From positions 1-64,000 of IMG/VR virus record IMGVR_UViG_3300001605_000002: DNA of 64,000 nt; one strand, written 5' to 3'. Source of the DNA: an uncultured virus (IMG/VR IMGVR_UViG_3300001605_000002) (Duplodnaviria > Heunggongvirae > Uroviricota > Caudoviricetes). Each line of letters begins with the position of its first letter. Position 1 is the stretch's first letter. Of this stretch, positions 56,206-64,000 are shown piece by piece. The position numbers and the translations under genes were made by a program. The notes under the pieces were generated by a model, which was given only the letters and a program-made list of their open reading frames with translations, was not told the origin of the DNA and searched no databases.

Positions 56206-57941
56206 GCGCGCTTCTTCCGGCTCGAGGCCTTCCCCTTGGCCTTCTTCGGCGCCGGCTTGGCCTTCGGCCCGGCGTAGCCCTTCGTCCGGAGTTGCGGCGG
56301 GAGCCACCCGCGCTTCTTCGCGTGGTCGGCCGCCATCTTGGCCTGGGCGGCCTTCTTGACGTTCTTGAGCGGGGTCAACCCCATGTCGGCGATGGCCGCG
56401 AGCGCGAGCGCGCCCGGAGCGTTCTCGAAGTAGTCGTCGACGTTGAACGTCGCGAGGAGGGCCTTCTGCAGCTCCTTTTGCGGGACGAAGTTGACGAGCG
56501 CGGTCGGCGCTCCCTCTTCGCCGTCATCGTCCGAGCCGTCGAGGCGACGGTCGACGTGGTGACTTTGAAGGTCGACCGACATTCCGACGAGCGCCGCGAA
56601 CTGCTTGAGCAGCGCCGGGCGGCCGACCTTCGCGAGCTTGGCGAGCTCCTTCGCGAAGTCGTACTCGTTCTCGTCGTCCTCCTTCGACCGCGAGAGCATC
56701 CCGCCGTGCTTGAGGCAAATCGGCGAGCTCGAGAAGCTCGACGAGCAGAGGAGCCCCGCGATGGCGAGGCGCAAGACCATGTCGGGGTCGGCCGCCGTGA
56801 CGACGGTCGACGTCGCGGTGGTCAGGGCCTCGGACATGCGCGAGGTCAGCGCCGCCGAGATGAGCCCCGGGTTCTTCGGACCGGCCGTGCGGGCGGCCGC
56901 CTTCTCGGCCTTCGTCTTCTCGATTTTGACGCTCACGCCGGGTTTCAGGTAGCCGCGCTCGACCTCGAGCGTCCCGTTGTAGTCAATCTTGACCGTGCAG
57001 CCGGCGAGCGCCTTCGTCTCCTTCACCGGGTTGCCCGCCGGGAGTCGGCGCCACGCGTGAATGTCGCGCGGGGCCTCGTCCTTCGGAACGGCCCAACCCC
57101 AACCGTCGGCCTTGAGCCGGACGCACTCGGCCTCGACGAGCTTCGCGGCCATAGCCTTGAGCGCCGGGACGTTATTGACCATGACCGGCTGGCGGTCGTC
57201 GTCGGCGAAGAGCGACGCGTTGACCTGATGACCGGCCGCCTCGTATTCCTTCTGCCCGACGAACTTGAGCAGCACGCCGATTTTATGCTCGTTCTCGCCG
57301 CGAATCTCTTGGTTGACCCGCCACTCGTCGCCGGCCTGCCCCTTGAGCTTCTTGAAGATGCGGACCTGATGCTCGAGGTCCTGGGTCTGCGCGTAGGCCT
57401 CGGCCGCGTCGCCGTCGATTTTGCCCTCGCGCCACGCGGCGCGAATCTCGGGGGCGAGAGACGCGAGCGAGAGCGCCTGCCGAACCTCGGCCGGCTTCCG
57501 ATTATATTCGTCGGCGATGTCCTCGAGGGTCGCGCCGTCCTTTACCATCGCGGCGAAGGCCTCGAACTCGTCGACCGGGTGCATGTCGGACCGGATGAGG
57601 TTGAGCGCAAGGCTCGTCGACCGGGCGTCGGCGTCGGAACGGTCCTCGACCTCGACCTTGACCTCGAACGCGTCGGTCACCAGAACGCCGCGGGCGGTCT
57701 TCTTGTTCTTCCGCAGGTATTGGAGAGCGTCGAGGCGCTCGCCGCCGTCGGTAACGAGCAGGAAGCCCGACTTGACGTCGCGGCGGACGGTGAGCGGCTG
57801 GATGACGCCGCGCTTCGCGATGGACCGGGCGAATCGCGGTTCACCTCCTCGGTTGGTCTTCCGGACGTTGACCGGGTCGATGATGAGTTGCGAGAGCTTG
57901 ACGACCTCGCTCGAGGTCGGGGACGTGGTAGCGGTCTTCAT
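56202..57941 (-). CDS. ParB/RepB/Spo0J-domain protein, long plasmid-type
   Basis: NVRK, SI..RGVIQPL.V, DGGERL.AL, N..R.DMHPVDEFEAF, HTH, GWLP..LR. Confidence 0.8.
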   Translation of the reverse strand: MKTATTSPTSSEVVKLSQLIIDPVNVRKTNRGGEPRFARSIAKRGVIQPLTVRRDVKSGFLLVTDGGERLDALQYLRKNKKTARGVLVTDAFEVKVEVEDRSDADARSTSLALNLIRSDMHPVDEFEAFAAMVKDGATLEDIADEYNRKPAEVRQALSLASLAPEIRAAWREGKIDGDAAEAYAQTQDLEHQVRIFKKLKGQAGDEWRVNQEIRGENEHKIGVLLKFVGQKEYEAAGHQVNASLFADDDRQPVMVNNVPALKAMAAKLVEAECVRLKADGWGWAVPKDEAPRDIHAWRRLPAGNPVKETKALAGCTVKIDYNGTLEVERGYLKPGVSVKIEKTKAEKAAARTAGPKNPGLISAALTSRMSEALTTATSTVVTAADPDMVLRLAIAGLLCSSSFSSSPICLKHGGMLSRSKEDDENEYDFAKELAKLAKVGRPALLKQFAALVGMSVDLQSHHVDRRLDGSDDDGEEGAPTALVNFVPQKELQKALLATFNVDDYFENAPGALALAAIADMGLTPLKNVKKAAQAKMAADHAKKRGWLPPQLRTKGYAGPKAKPAPKKAKGKASSRKKRA

Positions 57942-57963
57942 GGTTCTTCTCCGGTGGTCGGTT

Positions 57964-59673
57964 TCAGGTTGGTGTGAATAGGTCGGTCAGGGTAGCGTCG
58001 CCGTTCGAGACGACGACTATCTCGTTGTCGCGCAGTTCTTTCCAGGCTTTGTTCCAGGAGCCTCCTTTCGGTTGAATGTTCAGGTCGTTGGCTATGTCGA
58101 TTTGCGTCGAGCGGCCGCCGAGCTCGAAGAGCCGCCGCAGGATTTTGGGGGCTCCGCCCGAGAGCCGAGTCGCCCACATCTCGACGAGCTCCGCCGGCGG
58201 CAGGTTGCCGTCGACGGCCGTCGCGGTCGGCTCCCGGATTTGAACGAGGTTGCCGACCTCGACGATGAGCCCGCTCTCCTGGAGGGCGCGCTTCGCCTTG
58301 TTGAAGGACCCTCCCCGGGCCTTCCGGCCGGAGAGCGCGGCGATTTGGCTCCAACTCCGCTTGACCGGCGGGTTCGTGTCGAGGACCGCCAACATCTCGC
58401 GCGAGGCCGTCGGAAGATCAACCGGATTAAACGTCACCGTAAGACGGTCATCTCGCGGGTTAATAGCGGCCTTAACCGGGCTGATGGTTACGGCCGGTTT
58501 AGCGGCGGGGGCTCGAGGCGCCGGCATCTTCGGCGTCTTTTCATCCCACGCCTTCTCGGCTAGGCGCTCGGCTTCGGCGAAGTGACGTTCGACGTCCTTC
58601 CGGAGGTCGCTCATTACCCCGACGATGTGGCGGCGTCCCGACGCAATGCCGCTGAGATAGCCGCGCTGCTCGGCCTCGGCGATGGCCTTCGGGTCGCTCA
58701 GGGGGGCGCGCGCGAAGTCTTGACGCAATTGATGAAGGTCTCGGTTGACGCGGGCGAGCTCGGCGCGCAGCGCCTTCGGGTCGTCGGCCTTTTCCTTCTT
58801 GACCGCCTCTCCGATGATGGCCTTAAGCTCGCCGACGTCGACGGGGGCCGTCGCGATTTTGCTCAGGTCGTCGTCGTTCTCGGGGGTCTTCGTGTTGTCG
58901 AAGGTCTTGAACTTCGGGAACGTGACCCGCTCGAACATCTTGACCGGAACGCCGGCGGCGACGAAGCCCTCGCCGTCCTGGAGGTTGGCGATGTCGCGCT
59001 CGACGAGCGCGGCGTTCTCCTTGCCGATCTTCGACTTCATCCACTTGATGACCGGGTCCTGGTCGTCCTTGAACCCGATGCGGTGCGTGATGATCGTCTC
59101 GCAGCTCGAGAGAACCGCGTTGTGAAGCGACTGGACGCGTTGCGTCGCGACGATCAACCGGATGCCCTTCGTCCGGCTCCCGGTCGCGAGCTTCTTCGCC
59201 CAATGGATGGCCATGTTCTCGGCGCCGAAGCCCGCGCGCTCCTTCGGCGCGACCTCGTGGGCCTCCTCGATGACGAGGTAGACGACGCCCTTCGTGTTCT
59301 TCCACATCGACGCGGCGAAGTCGGCGAAGAACCGTTGAAGGCCACCGGGGCCGAAGTCGGCCATGTCGATTATCGAAAGCGGGAGCTTTCCCGAACCGAC
59401 GAGCTGGCCGATGATCTTGCCGTCCTTCTCCCCGATGTTGACGTGTCCGCGCGGCCCGCCGAGGATCTTGAACGGGAGCCCGGCCGACTTCCCGTTCCTG
59501 CTCGAGGTTATGCCCCACCAATCCGACTTGACCGTGTCGAGGACGCAAACGCGCGCGCCCTGGGCGACGACCAGTTCGACGATGAGGCGCTCGGTCGACG
59601 ACTTTCCCGAGCCGGTCATCCCGACGATGGCCGTGTGGCGCTTCGTTATCGAGTCCGGAATCTCGTAGGTCAT
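57964..59673 (-). CDS. HerA/FtsK-like (DUF87) ATPase with C-terminal winged-helix repeats
   Basis: HTAIVGMTGSGKS Walker A, LVIEEAH Walker B, ATQR; two (R/K)GGS(F/W)NKA repeats. Confidence 0.85.
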   Translation of the reverse strand: MTYEIPDSITKRHTAIVGMTGSGKSSTERLIVELVVAQGARVCVLDTVKSDWWGITSSRNGKSAGLPFKILGGPRGHVNIGEKDGKIIGQLVGSGKLPLSIIDMADFGPGGLQRFFADFAASMWKNTKGVVYLVIEEAHEVAPKERAGFGAENMAIHWAKKLATGSRTKGIRLIVATQRVQSLHNAVLSSCETIITHRIGFKDDQDPVIKWMKSKIGKENAALVERDIANLQDGEGFVAAGVPVKMFERVTFPKFKTFDNTKTPENDDDLSKIATAPVDVGELKAIIGEAVKKEKADDPKALRAELARVNRDLHQLRQDFARAPLSDPKAIAEAEQRGYLSGIASGRRHIVGVMSDLRKDVERHFAEAERLAEKAWDEKTPKMPAPRAPAAKPAVTISPVKAAINPRDDRLTVTFNPVDLPTASREMLAVLDTNPPVKRSWSQIAALSGRKARGGSFNKAKRALQESGLIVEVGNLVQIREPTATAVDGNLPPAELVEMWATRLSGGAPKILRRLFELGGRSTQIDIANDLNIQPKGGSWNKAWKELRDNEIVVVSNGDATLTDLFTPT

Positions 59674-59864
59674 TGGGTTTCCCTTCGGGTCATCTGTTCG
59701 CGAAGCAGGCGAGCGTCCGCCTTGAGCATTTCGATTCGCCGCTCGACGTGAGGCGGTGCCTTCATTCCGTGCTGGCCGTAGTTCTTCGCGCGTCGCTTCC
59801 ATTCGACGAGCTGCTGCTCTACGGCCTCGAGCTCGGCCTTCTGCGGGTCGATGGCCTTCGTCAT
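59670..59864 (-). CDS. small hypothetical protein
   Basis: MTKAIDPQKAELEAVEQQL...; ATGA-type overlaps on both sides. Confidence 0.55.
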   Translation of the reverse strand: MTKAIDPQKAELEAVEQQLVEWKRRAKNYGQHGMKAPPHVERRIEMLKADARLLREQMTRRETQ

Positions 59865-60181
59865 CGGTTCGGGCTTTCCCGGAGCTCGAAGAACTCCGCC
59901 ATGTGAAGATGCTTCGCGGCAATCCACCGGGCCATCGCCGGCGTCCAGTTGTTGTTGCACTTGAACTCTCGGTTACCCTTCTCGATGGTCTCGTGCCACC
60001 TGATGCGGTGGATAATCGCGCGGGCCGAGTACCGCTCGAAGCCGAGCGCCCGGACCTCGAGCGCGAGCTTCTCGAACAGAAGGCAGACCTCGACCGGGAC
60101 GCCCTCCGGCATCTCGGCGACCATCTCCTCGACGGCCGCGAACGAGAAGAGGTCGTCCGGTTCTTTGGTCGCGGCGATCAC
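59861..60181 (-). CDS. conserved phage hypothetical protein
   Basis: RYSARAIIHRIRW...FKCNNN....AR......FFELR. Confidence 0.7.
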   Translation of the reverse strand: MIAATKEPDDLFSFAAVEEMVAEMPEGVPVEVCLLFEKLALEVRALGFERYSARAIIHRIRWHETIEKGNREFKCNNNWTPAMARWIAAKHLHMAEFFELRESPNR

Positions 60182-60513
60182 TTCGGCACCGGATGGCTGG
60201 CGAAGTAGTCGAGGAACGCGGCGGTGATGACGGCGACGTGTTGCTCGCCGGTCGCCCGGCAATACTCGTCGAGGCGCGCGGACATTTGAGGACCGAGCGC
60301 GTGCTGGCGCTCGAGCAGCTCGATGGACCGGGCGCGGTTGCGAAGGCGCCGAATTTTGCCGCGCTCCTCGAGGGCGGTCAGCAGACGATGGATTCCGCTT
60401 TTGCTTCGGATCCCGAGATGGTCCTTCATCATGTTGAAAGTCGGGGCTTCGCCGGCATGGTCGCCGATGTACTTGGTCAGATACTCCAGAAGCTTACATT
60501 GGGTCGGGGTCAT
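60178..60513 (-). CDS. LexA-type DNA-binding domain protein without peptidase domain
   Basis: TPTQ..LL.YL, PTF..MK.HLG.RSKSGIHRLLTALEERG.IRRL.NRARSIE. Confidence 0.85.
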   Translation of the reverse strand: MTPTQCKLLEYLTKYIGDHAGEAPTFNMMKDHLGIRSKSGIHRLLTALEERGKIRRLRNRARSIELLERQHALGPQMSARLDEYCRATGEQHVAVITAAFLDYFASHPVPK

Positions 60514-60773
60514 GGCTTCCTCTTTATCTCGGCCCGGAGGCCGTCGGCGATCGCGCCGAAGTCTTCCTCGAGGAAGACCGGCGGCTCCTTGAGTCGGTTG
60601 GCGACGGCGTTCTGCGAAATCATCCCGGCGACCTCGGCCCAGGCGGCGACGGCCGTTGCGAACAGCTCGACCGCGCGCTCCTCGTAGGGATTGGCCGCCG
60701 GCGCGCAAACGCCATCGGCGCGTCGCGGGCATCCCTCCCAATAGAAGCCGCCGCAGGTCCCGCAGTAGCTCAT
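60510..60773 (-). CDS. hypothetical protein with N-terminal Cys cluster
   Basis: MSYCGTCGGFYWEGC... Confidence 0.5.
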   Translation of the reverse strand: MSYCGTCGGFYWEGCPRRADGVCAPAANPYEERAVELFATAVAAWAEVAGMISQNAVANRLKEPPVFLEEDFGAIADGLRAEIKRKP

Positions 60774-61243
60774 AAGGGCTCCCATCGGATGAGGACACCC
60801 GACCACTTGTCGCTGTCGCGCGACCCGTTCTCCTTCCGCCAGAACGCGGCCATCTCGCCGACGCTCTTGAATCCGTCGGCGAGCGCAAAGGTCTTCATCC
60901 GGCGCGGGCCGTAGAGTTCGCCGTCGACCGTCGCGACGACGCTCCCGTCGACGAACCAAAGCAGGACCGGCTTGACCTCGACGCACCGCGAGCGACCGAT
61001 GAGCAGGACGCTCTTCGTCCTCATCCCATAGTAAAGCTGCAACTCTTCGCCCGGCCGGGCGTGGCGCCGACCCTTCGTCGGCTTGCTCCAGGCGTCGCCG
61101 CTCCGACGAAAGACCCCCGCGCGAATCGTCTGCCGCTTCGGGCGAACGTCGGGTGGCGTCACGCCGAACGAGTTCTTCCAGGGAAGGCCGAGGCCGACCG
61201 AGATTGGTCCGACGAACGGGAGCTTGAAGGAATAGGCGACCAT
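60770..61243 (-). CDS. ASCH/PUA-like protein
   Basis: VAYSF...F, KRQTIR, RHARPGEELQLYYGMRTK, FA.ADGF. Confidence 0.7.
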   Translation of the reverse strand: MVAYSFKLPFVGPISVGLGLPWKNSFGVTPPDVRPKRQTIRAGVFRRSGDAWSKPTKGRRHARPGEELQLYYGMRTKSVLLIGRSRCVEVKPVLLWFVDGSVVATVDGELYGPRRMKTFALADGFKSVGEMAAFWRKENGSRDSDKWSGVLIRWEPL

Positions 61244-61461
61244 CACCGGCACCTTTCCATGCGCGCGACCCGGTACTCGAGGAAGTCGGCCGAGGCGTCG
61301 GATTGCCGGACGAAGACCGACTGGAAGGTCTCGTAGTAATAACCCTGCCAATGGGCGGACGTCCCGGGCGAATAGAACCTGGCATAGAACGACCGGAAGT
61401 CGAGCACAGGTTCGCTGCAGAACGTCGACGAGGCGATCAGGGCGGCGACGAGCGCGTTCAT
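61243..61461 (-). CDS. hypothetical protein
   Basis: 72-aa ORF; AGGAG RBS. Confidence 0.4.
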   Translation of the reverse strand: MNALVAALIASSTFCSEPVLDFRSFYARFYSPGTSAHWQGYYYETFQSVFVRQSDASADFLEYRVARMERCR

Positions 61462-61655
61462 CGTTCGCTCCTAGGAGGCGGTCCAATCTTCTCGTCATCG
61501 GTAAAGCTGATGATGCCCAAGACCTCGAGCGCGCGGACTAGCTCCTCGGCGTCAATCATGTTGATGCTGTAATTGGCGACCCTCCCGCGCTGGCGGCGGT
61601 CGTCGGCGACCCGGCGGGCGGCCTCGATTCTGGTCGATTTTATTAACACGGTCAT
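61458..61655 (-). CDS. hypothetical protein
   Basis: AAAGGAGG RBS. Confidence 0.55.
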   Translation of the reverse strand: MTVLIKSTRIEAARRVADDRRQRGRVANYSINMIDAEELVRALEVLGIISFTDDEKIGPPPRSER

Positions 61656-62462
61656 GCGTCCTCCTTTGGGAATGCTCGGTCGATCATCCCCTCTAGTTGC
61701 TTGCGGTTCGGAATAGAGACTCGGAGCGAGTCGCGCATCTCACGCTCGCCCTCCCATCGAGCCCAGGCGTCGTCGCGGCCGCGCTTCGGGTCGGCCTCGT
61801 AAGATCCTATCCAGGCGCGGGCATAGGCGAAGTAGGCGGCGGCCGAGGTCGGGAGTGGTGCTGCCGCCGACCGGGTCGTCGTCGGCAGGCTATCGCGCGC
61901 GGTCGCCGGCGCGGCGACCGTGGCTCGGCTTCGGCTCGGGGCCCGCGTGCCTGCTAGCGGCCTTCGCGAGCTCTCGCTGGTCTAGCCCGGGGATGAGCGC
62001 CGACGCGTAGTCGAGGACGGCCTTCTTCGATTCCTCGAATTTCTCCTTGCCCATCGCGGCGACCGATTGCGATACAGGATCGAAAATCTTGACGACCTTA
62101 CCGCTTACTTTGATGACGGCGTATTCGGCATAGGGCCGAATAATCGCGCCGAGCGCCATCGCCTTATCGTGAGTGTCGCAGACGTAGTTTCTCTCGGTGC
62201 AGAAACCAGTCTCGACGAGCGCCTTCGCCCGGAGGGCCTCCTCGGTCGGAAACTTGGCCGCGTGCTCCTCCGGCAGGTTCATCCATATCTCATGAAGCCG
62301 CGCGAAGTAGTGGTTGTGCGACTTCATGTTCCGCATCTCGACCGGCGCCATCGGATAGAGCTCGTCGACGGCAAACTGACGTCGGCACAATTCGGCGAAG
62401 CGCGGCTCGACGGCGAACGTGCCATCGGCGGTCCATCGAAGCATGACCGGGCGGATTTTCAT
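61652..62462 (-). CDS. NinB/DUF1367-like protein (C-terminal extension beyond 61890 after a probable indel)
   Basis: R..KSHNHYFA.L...W.NLPE, E.LR..AL..TG, SQS..AMGK..FEESK; a second frame continues AYFAYARAWI...FPKEDA. Confidence 0.6.
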
Positions 62463-62743
62463 TTAATCTTCCCCAGGAGAGCCGACTCGGCATCGGCTCG
62501 GGCTTTATTGGCCGCGTCGATTATAGGTTGGGCTTTGGCCATCGCGGCCTGATGAGCGCAATCTATGCGGAAGAGTTCGTTTGCTACCGTTTCGAGGAGC
62601 GCGTCGTCTCGCATGACCCTGCGCAGTGCCTCGGCATCCCCACCTGTGTCGCAGCCGTAACAATCGAGTTTCCGGTATTTCCTGCGCAAGAAAGACAGGA
62701 GGCGGTCCCACCGAACGATCATCAGGGCGACGTCGGCGCTCAC
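62459..62743 (-). CDS. hypothetical protein
   Basis: GTG start, VSADVALMIVRWDRL... Confidence 0.45.
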   Translation of the reverse strand: MSADVALMIVRWDRLLSFLRRKYRKLDCYGCDTGGDAEALRRVMRDDALLETVANELFRIDCAHQAAMAKAQPIIDAANKARADAESALLGKIK

Positions 62744-63417
62744 GCTCCGCCCCCCATCGACTTCATCTTCTCGACGAGCTTCTTGACGTCGTAGGAGAAG
62801 ACCTCGACCGCCCGCTGGAGCTCGGCGATGTAAGTCTCGTCCCGGTAGACCGTAAACTCGCACTTCGGCATTCCCGGATAGAAAATCTTGAGCGTCCACC
62901 AACGCCGCTCGCAGACCCACATGCAGCCTTGCACCTGGGCGCGATATTTTCCCGGGAACGTCCCGCGCTCGAGGACCTCGATGAGGAGCTCGGGCTTCAT
63001 CGACTTGCACTCGAGGCCGCCATCGTCGCCGACGAGCGCGTCGGGCGACGCGCCGACGGTCGCATAGCGCATCAGCCCGGCGTTCCGGACGAAGCCGACG
63101 CGGGTCACGTCGAACCGCGGCTTCGCGTACTCCTCGAAGGCCATCCTCTCGTGCTCGTGACCGCGCTCCATCGCCTTGCTCGTGAAGCTCTCGGCCGGAA
63201 TCCCGGTGAGTTTCTCGCCGGCGAGCTCGCGCAGGTACGTGTCGCGGCTCTTGCCTTCGCCCTCGGCCAAGATGTCGGAGAACCGCGACGCGGTCGGAAT
63301 CCCGAGGCGAGCCGCGAACCACTCGGGGCTCCCCTGCGGGACGTTGACGATCTCGAACGTCGCCTTGCGGACGGCGGCCGACGTAACGGCCTTCTTCGTT
63401 CCGGCCTTCGCCATCAC
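62740..63417 (-). CDS. YqaJ / lambda-exonuclease family recombination nuclease
   Basis: QGSPEW...RLGIPTAS, MERG..HE, GASPDAL, LECK, QVQG.MW. Confidence 0.92.
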   Translation of the reverse strand: MMAKAGTKKAVTSAAVRKATFEIVNVPQGSPEWFAARLGIPTASRFSDILAEGEGKSRDTYLRELAGEKLTGIPAESFTSKAMERGHEHERMAFEEYAKPRFDVTRVGFVRNAGLMRYATVGASPDALVGDDGGLECKSMKPELLIEVLERGTFPGKYRAQVQGCMWVCERRWWTLKIFYPGMPKCEFTVYRDETYIAELQRAVEVFSYDVKKLVEKMKSMGGGA

Positions 63418-64000
63418 TTTTTCTTCGCCTCGTTCTTGAGACGAACGTGGTTCTCGATGGCCGCGACGGCATCGTCGTACTTCGCCGGCGGGAGGTCGCC
63501 GACGTCCTGGAGTCCGTACTTCTCGCAGAACTGCGCGGCGGTTATCCCGGCGGCCCTCATTTTTTCCTTAAGGTTCTTGACGTCGTCGGCCGGGAGCTTC
63601 TTAGGTGCGTCGAGCTCCTTGACGTCGCCGCCGCCCTCTACCTGGGCGACGACCGTCCCGTCTGTGTCGGCGTCCTCCGGCGCGCTGGTGATGATGTTCA
63701 GGAGGGCGCGCGTGCCGTAGCGCATCCCGTAGGCTTGAGCCGAGCCCCAGCCTTGGTTATTGTTCTTGCTCCCTGTGGTGTCGGCCGGAAGTGGAAAAAT
63801 CGTCTTTCGCTGATGGCCGCGAATGTGGTCGAGGTAGACGATGACGTTCATTCGACCGTCGGCGCCTGGCTCGGTCGAGTACGAAAGCGAGAAGCCGTGG
63901 GTTTTGAGCGGTTTCTTGAGGACTCGCATCATCGCGTTGAACGTCGCGTAGGGCGTCGACTGTTCGACGGCCCCGGTTCGCTCGCCGGTCCTCGGGTCCT
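63414..64000 (-). CDS. erf: ERF-family ssDNA annealing protein (5'-partial)
   Basis: YA.F......PL..HG, L.H..GH, LP.D..GSKN..QG.GS...YG.RY; adjacent to the exonuclease. Confidence 0.85.
   Translation of the reverse strand, partial: DPRTGERTGAVEQSTPYATFNAMMRVLKKPLKTHGFSLSYSTEPGADGRMNVIVYLDHIRGHQRKTIFPLPADTTGSKNNNQGWGSAQAYGMRYGTRALLNIITSAPEDADTDGTVVAQVEGGGDVKELDAPKKLPADDVKNLKEKMRAAGITAAQFCEKYGLQDVGDLPPAKYDDAVAAIENHVRLKNEAKKK

Noticed and set aside
56202..59673. ParABS partition system or HerA-NurA/Sir2 defence system
   Set aside because: The ATPase is HerA/FtsK-like rather than ParA, no parS repeats were seen, and no NurA or Sir2 partner is adjacent.
1..64000. Alternative genetic code, diversity-generating retroelement, retron or integrase
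   Set aside because: Genes end normally at TAA, TAG and TGA; no suppressor tRNA, reverse transcriptase motif, TR/VR pair or recombinase was recognised.

Overview
The window is most of the genome of a high-GC tailed phage with a contractile tail and a Bcep781/AP22-like morphogenesis gene set. Its host is very probably a Hyphomicrobiales (Rhizobiales) alphaproteobacterium, judged from a PraR/PhrR-like XRE regulator, an alpha-type LexA DNA-binding domain, DUF3309 proteins, an alpha-type initiator tRNA and sigma-EcfG-like promoters. Layout: (i) 1-6806 (+) replication initiator with internal iterons, Dam-like methyltransferase, ParB-like genes and a C5 cytosine methyltransferase; (ii) 6721-11212 (-) an accessory operon punctuated by repeated hairpin-plus-RBS elements; (iii) 11316-16420 a CmoA-like gene, J-domain protein, peptide deformylase and tRNA-fMet; (iv) 16453-46221 (+) packaging, head and tail genes, with an O-antigen-ligase-like gene and several signal-peptide proteins inserted; (v) 46271-51939 lysis genes, small membrane genes and three tRNAs; (vi) 51936-64000 (-) radical SAM, truncated methyltransferase, ParB, HerA-like ATPase, YqaJ exonuclease and ERF. 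No integrase or CRISPR array is visible. The strongest candidates for new biology are a probable cytosine carboxymethylation pair (C5-MTase with Asn-to-Arg in motif X plus a CmoA-like Cx-SAM synthase), a repeated structured intergenic cassette element, and a Wzy_C membrane enzyme co-encoded with exported virion-like proteins. Several essential genes are broken by frameshifts and the sequence contains Ns, so most frameshifts are treated as sequencing errors. All family names come from motif recognition and recall, not from database searches.
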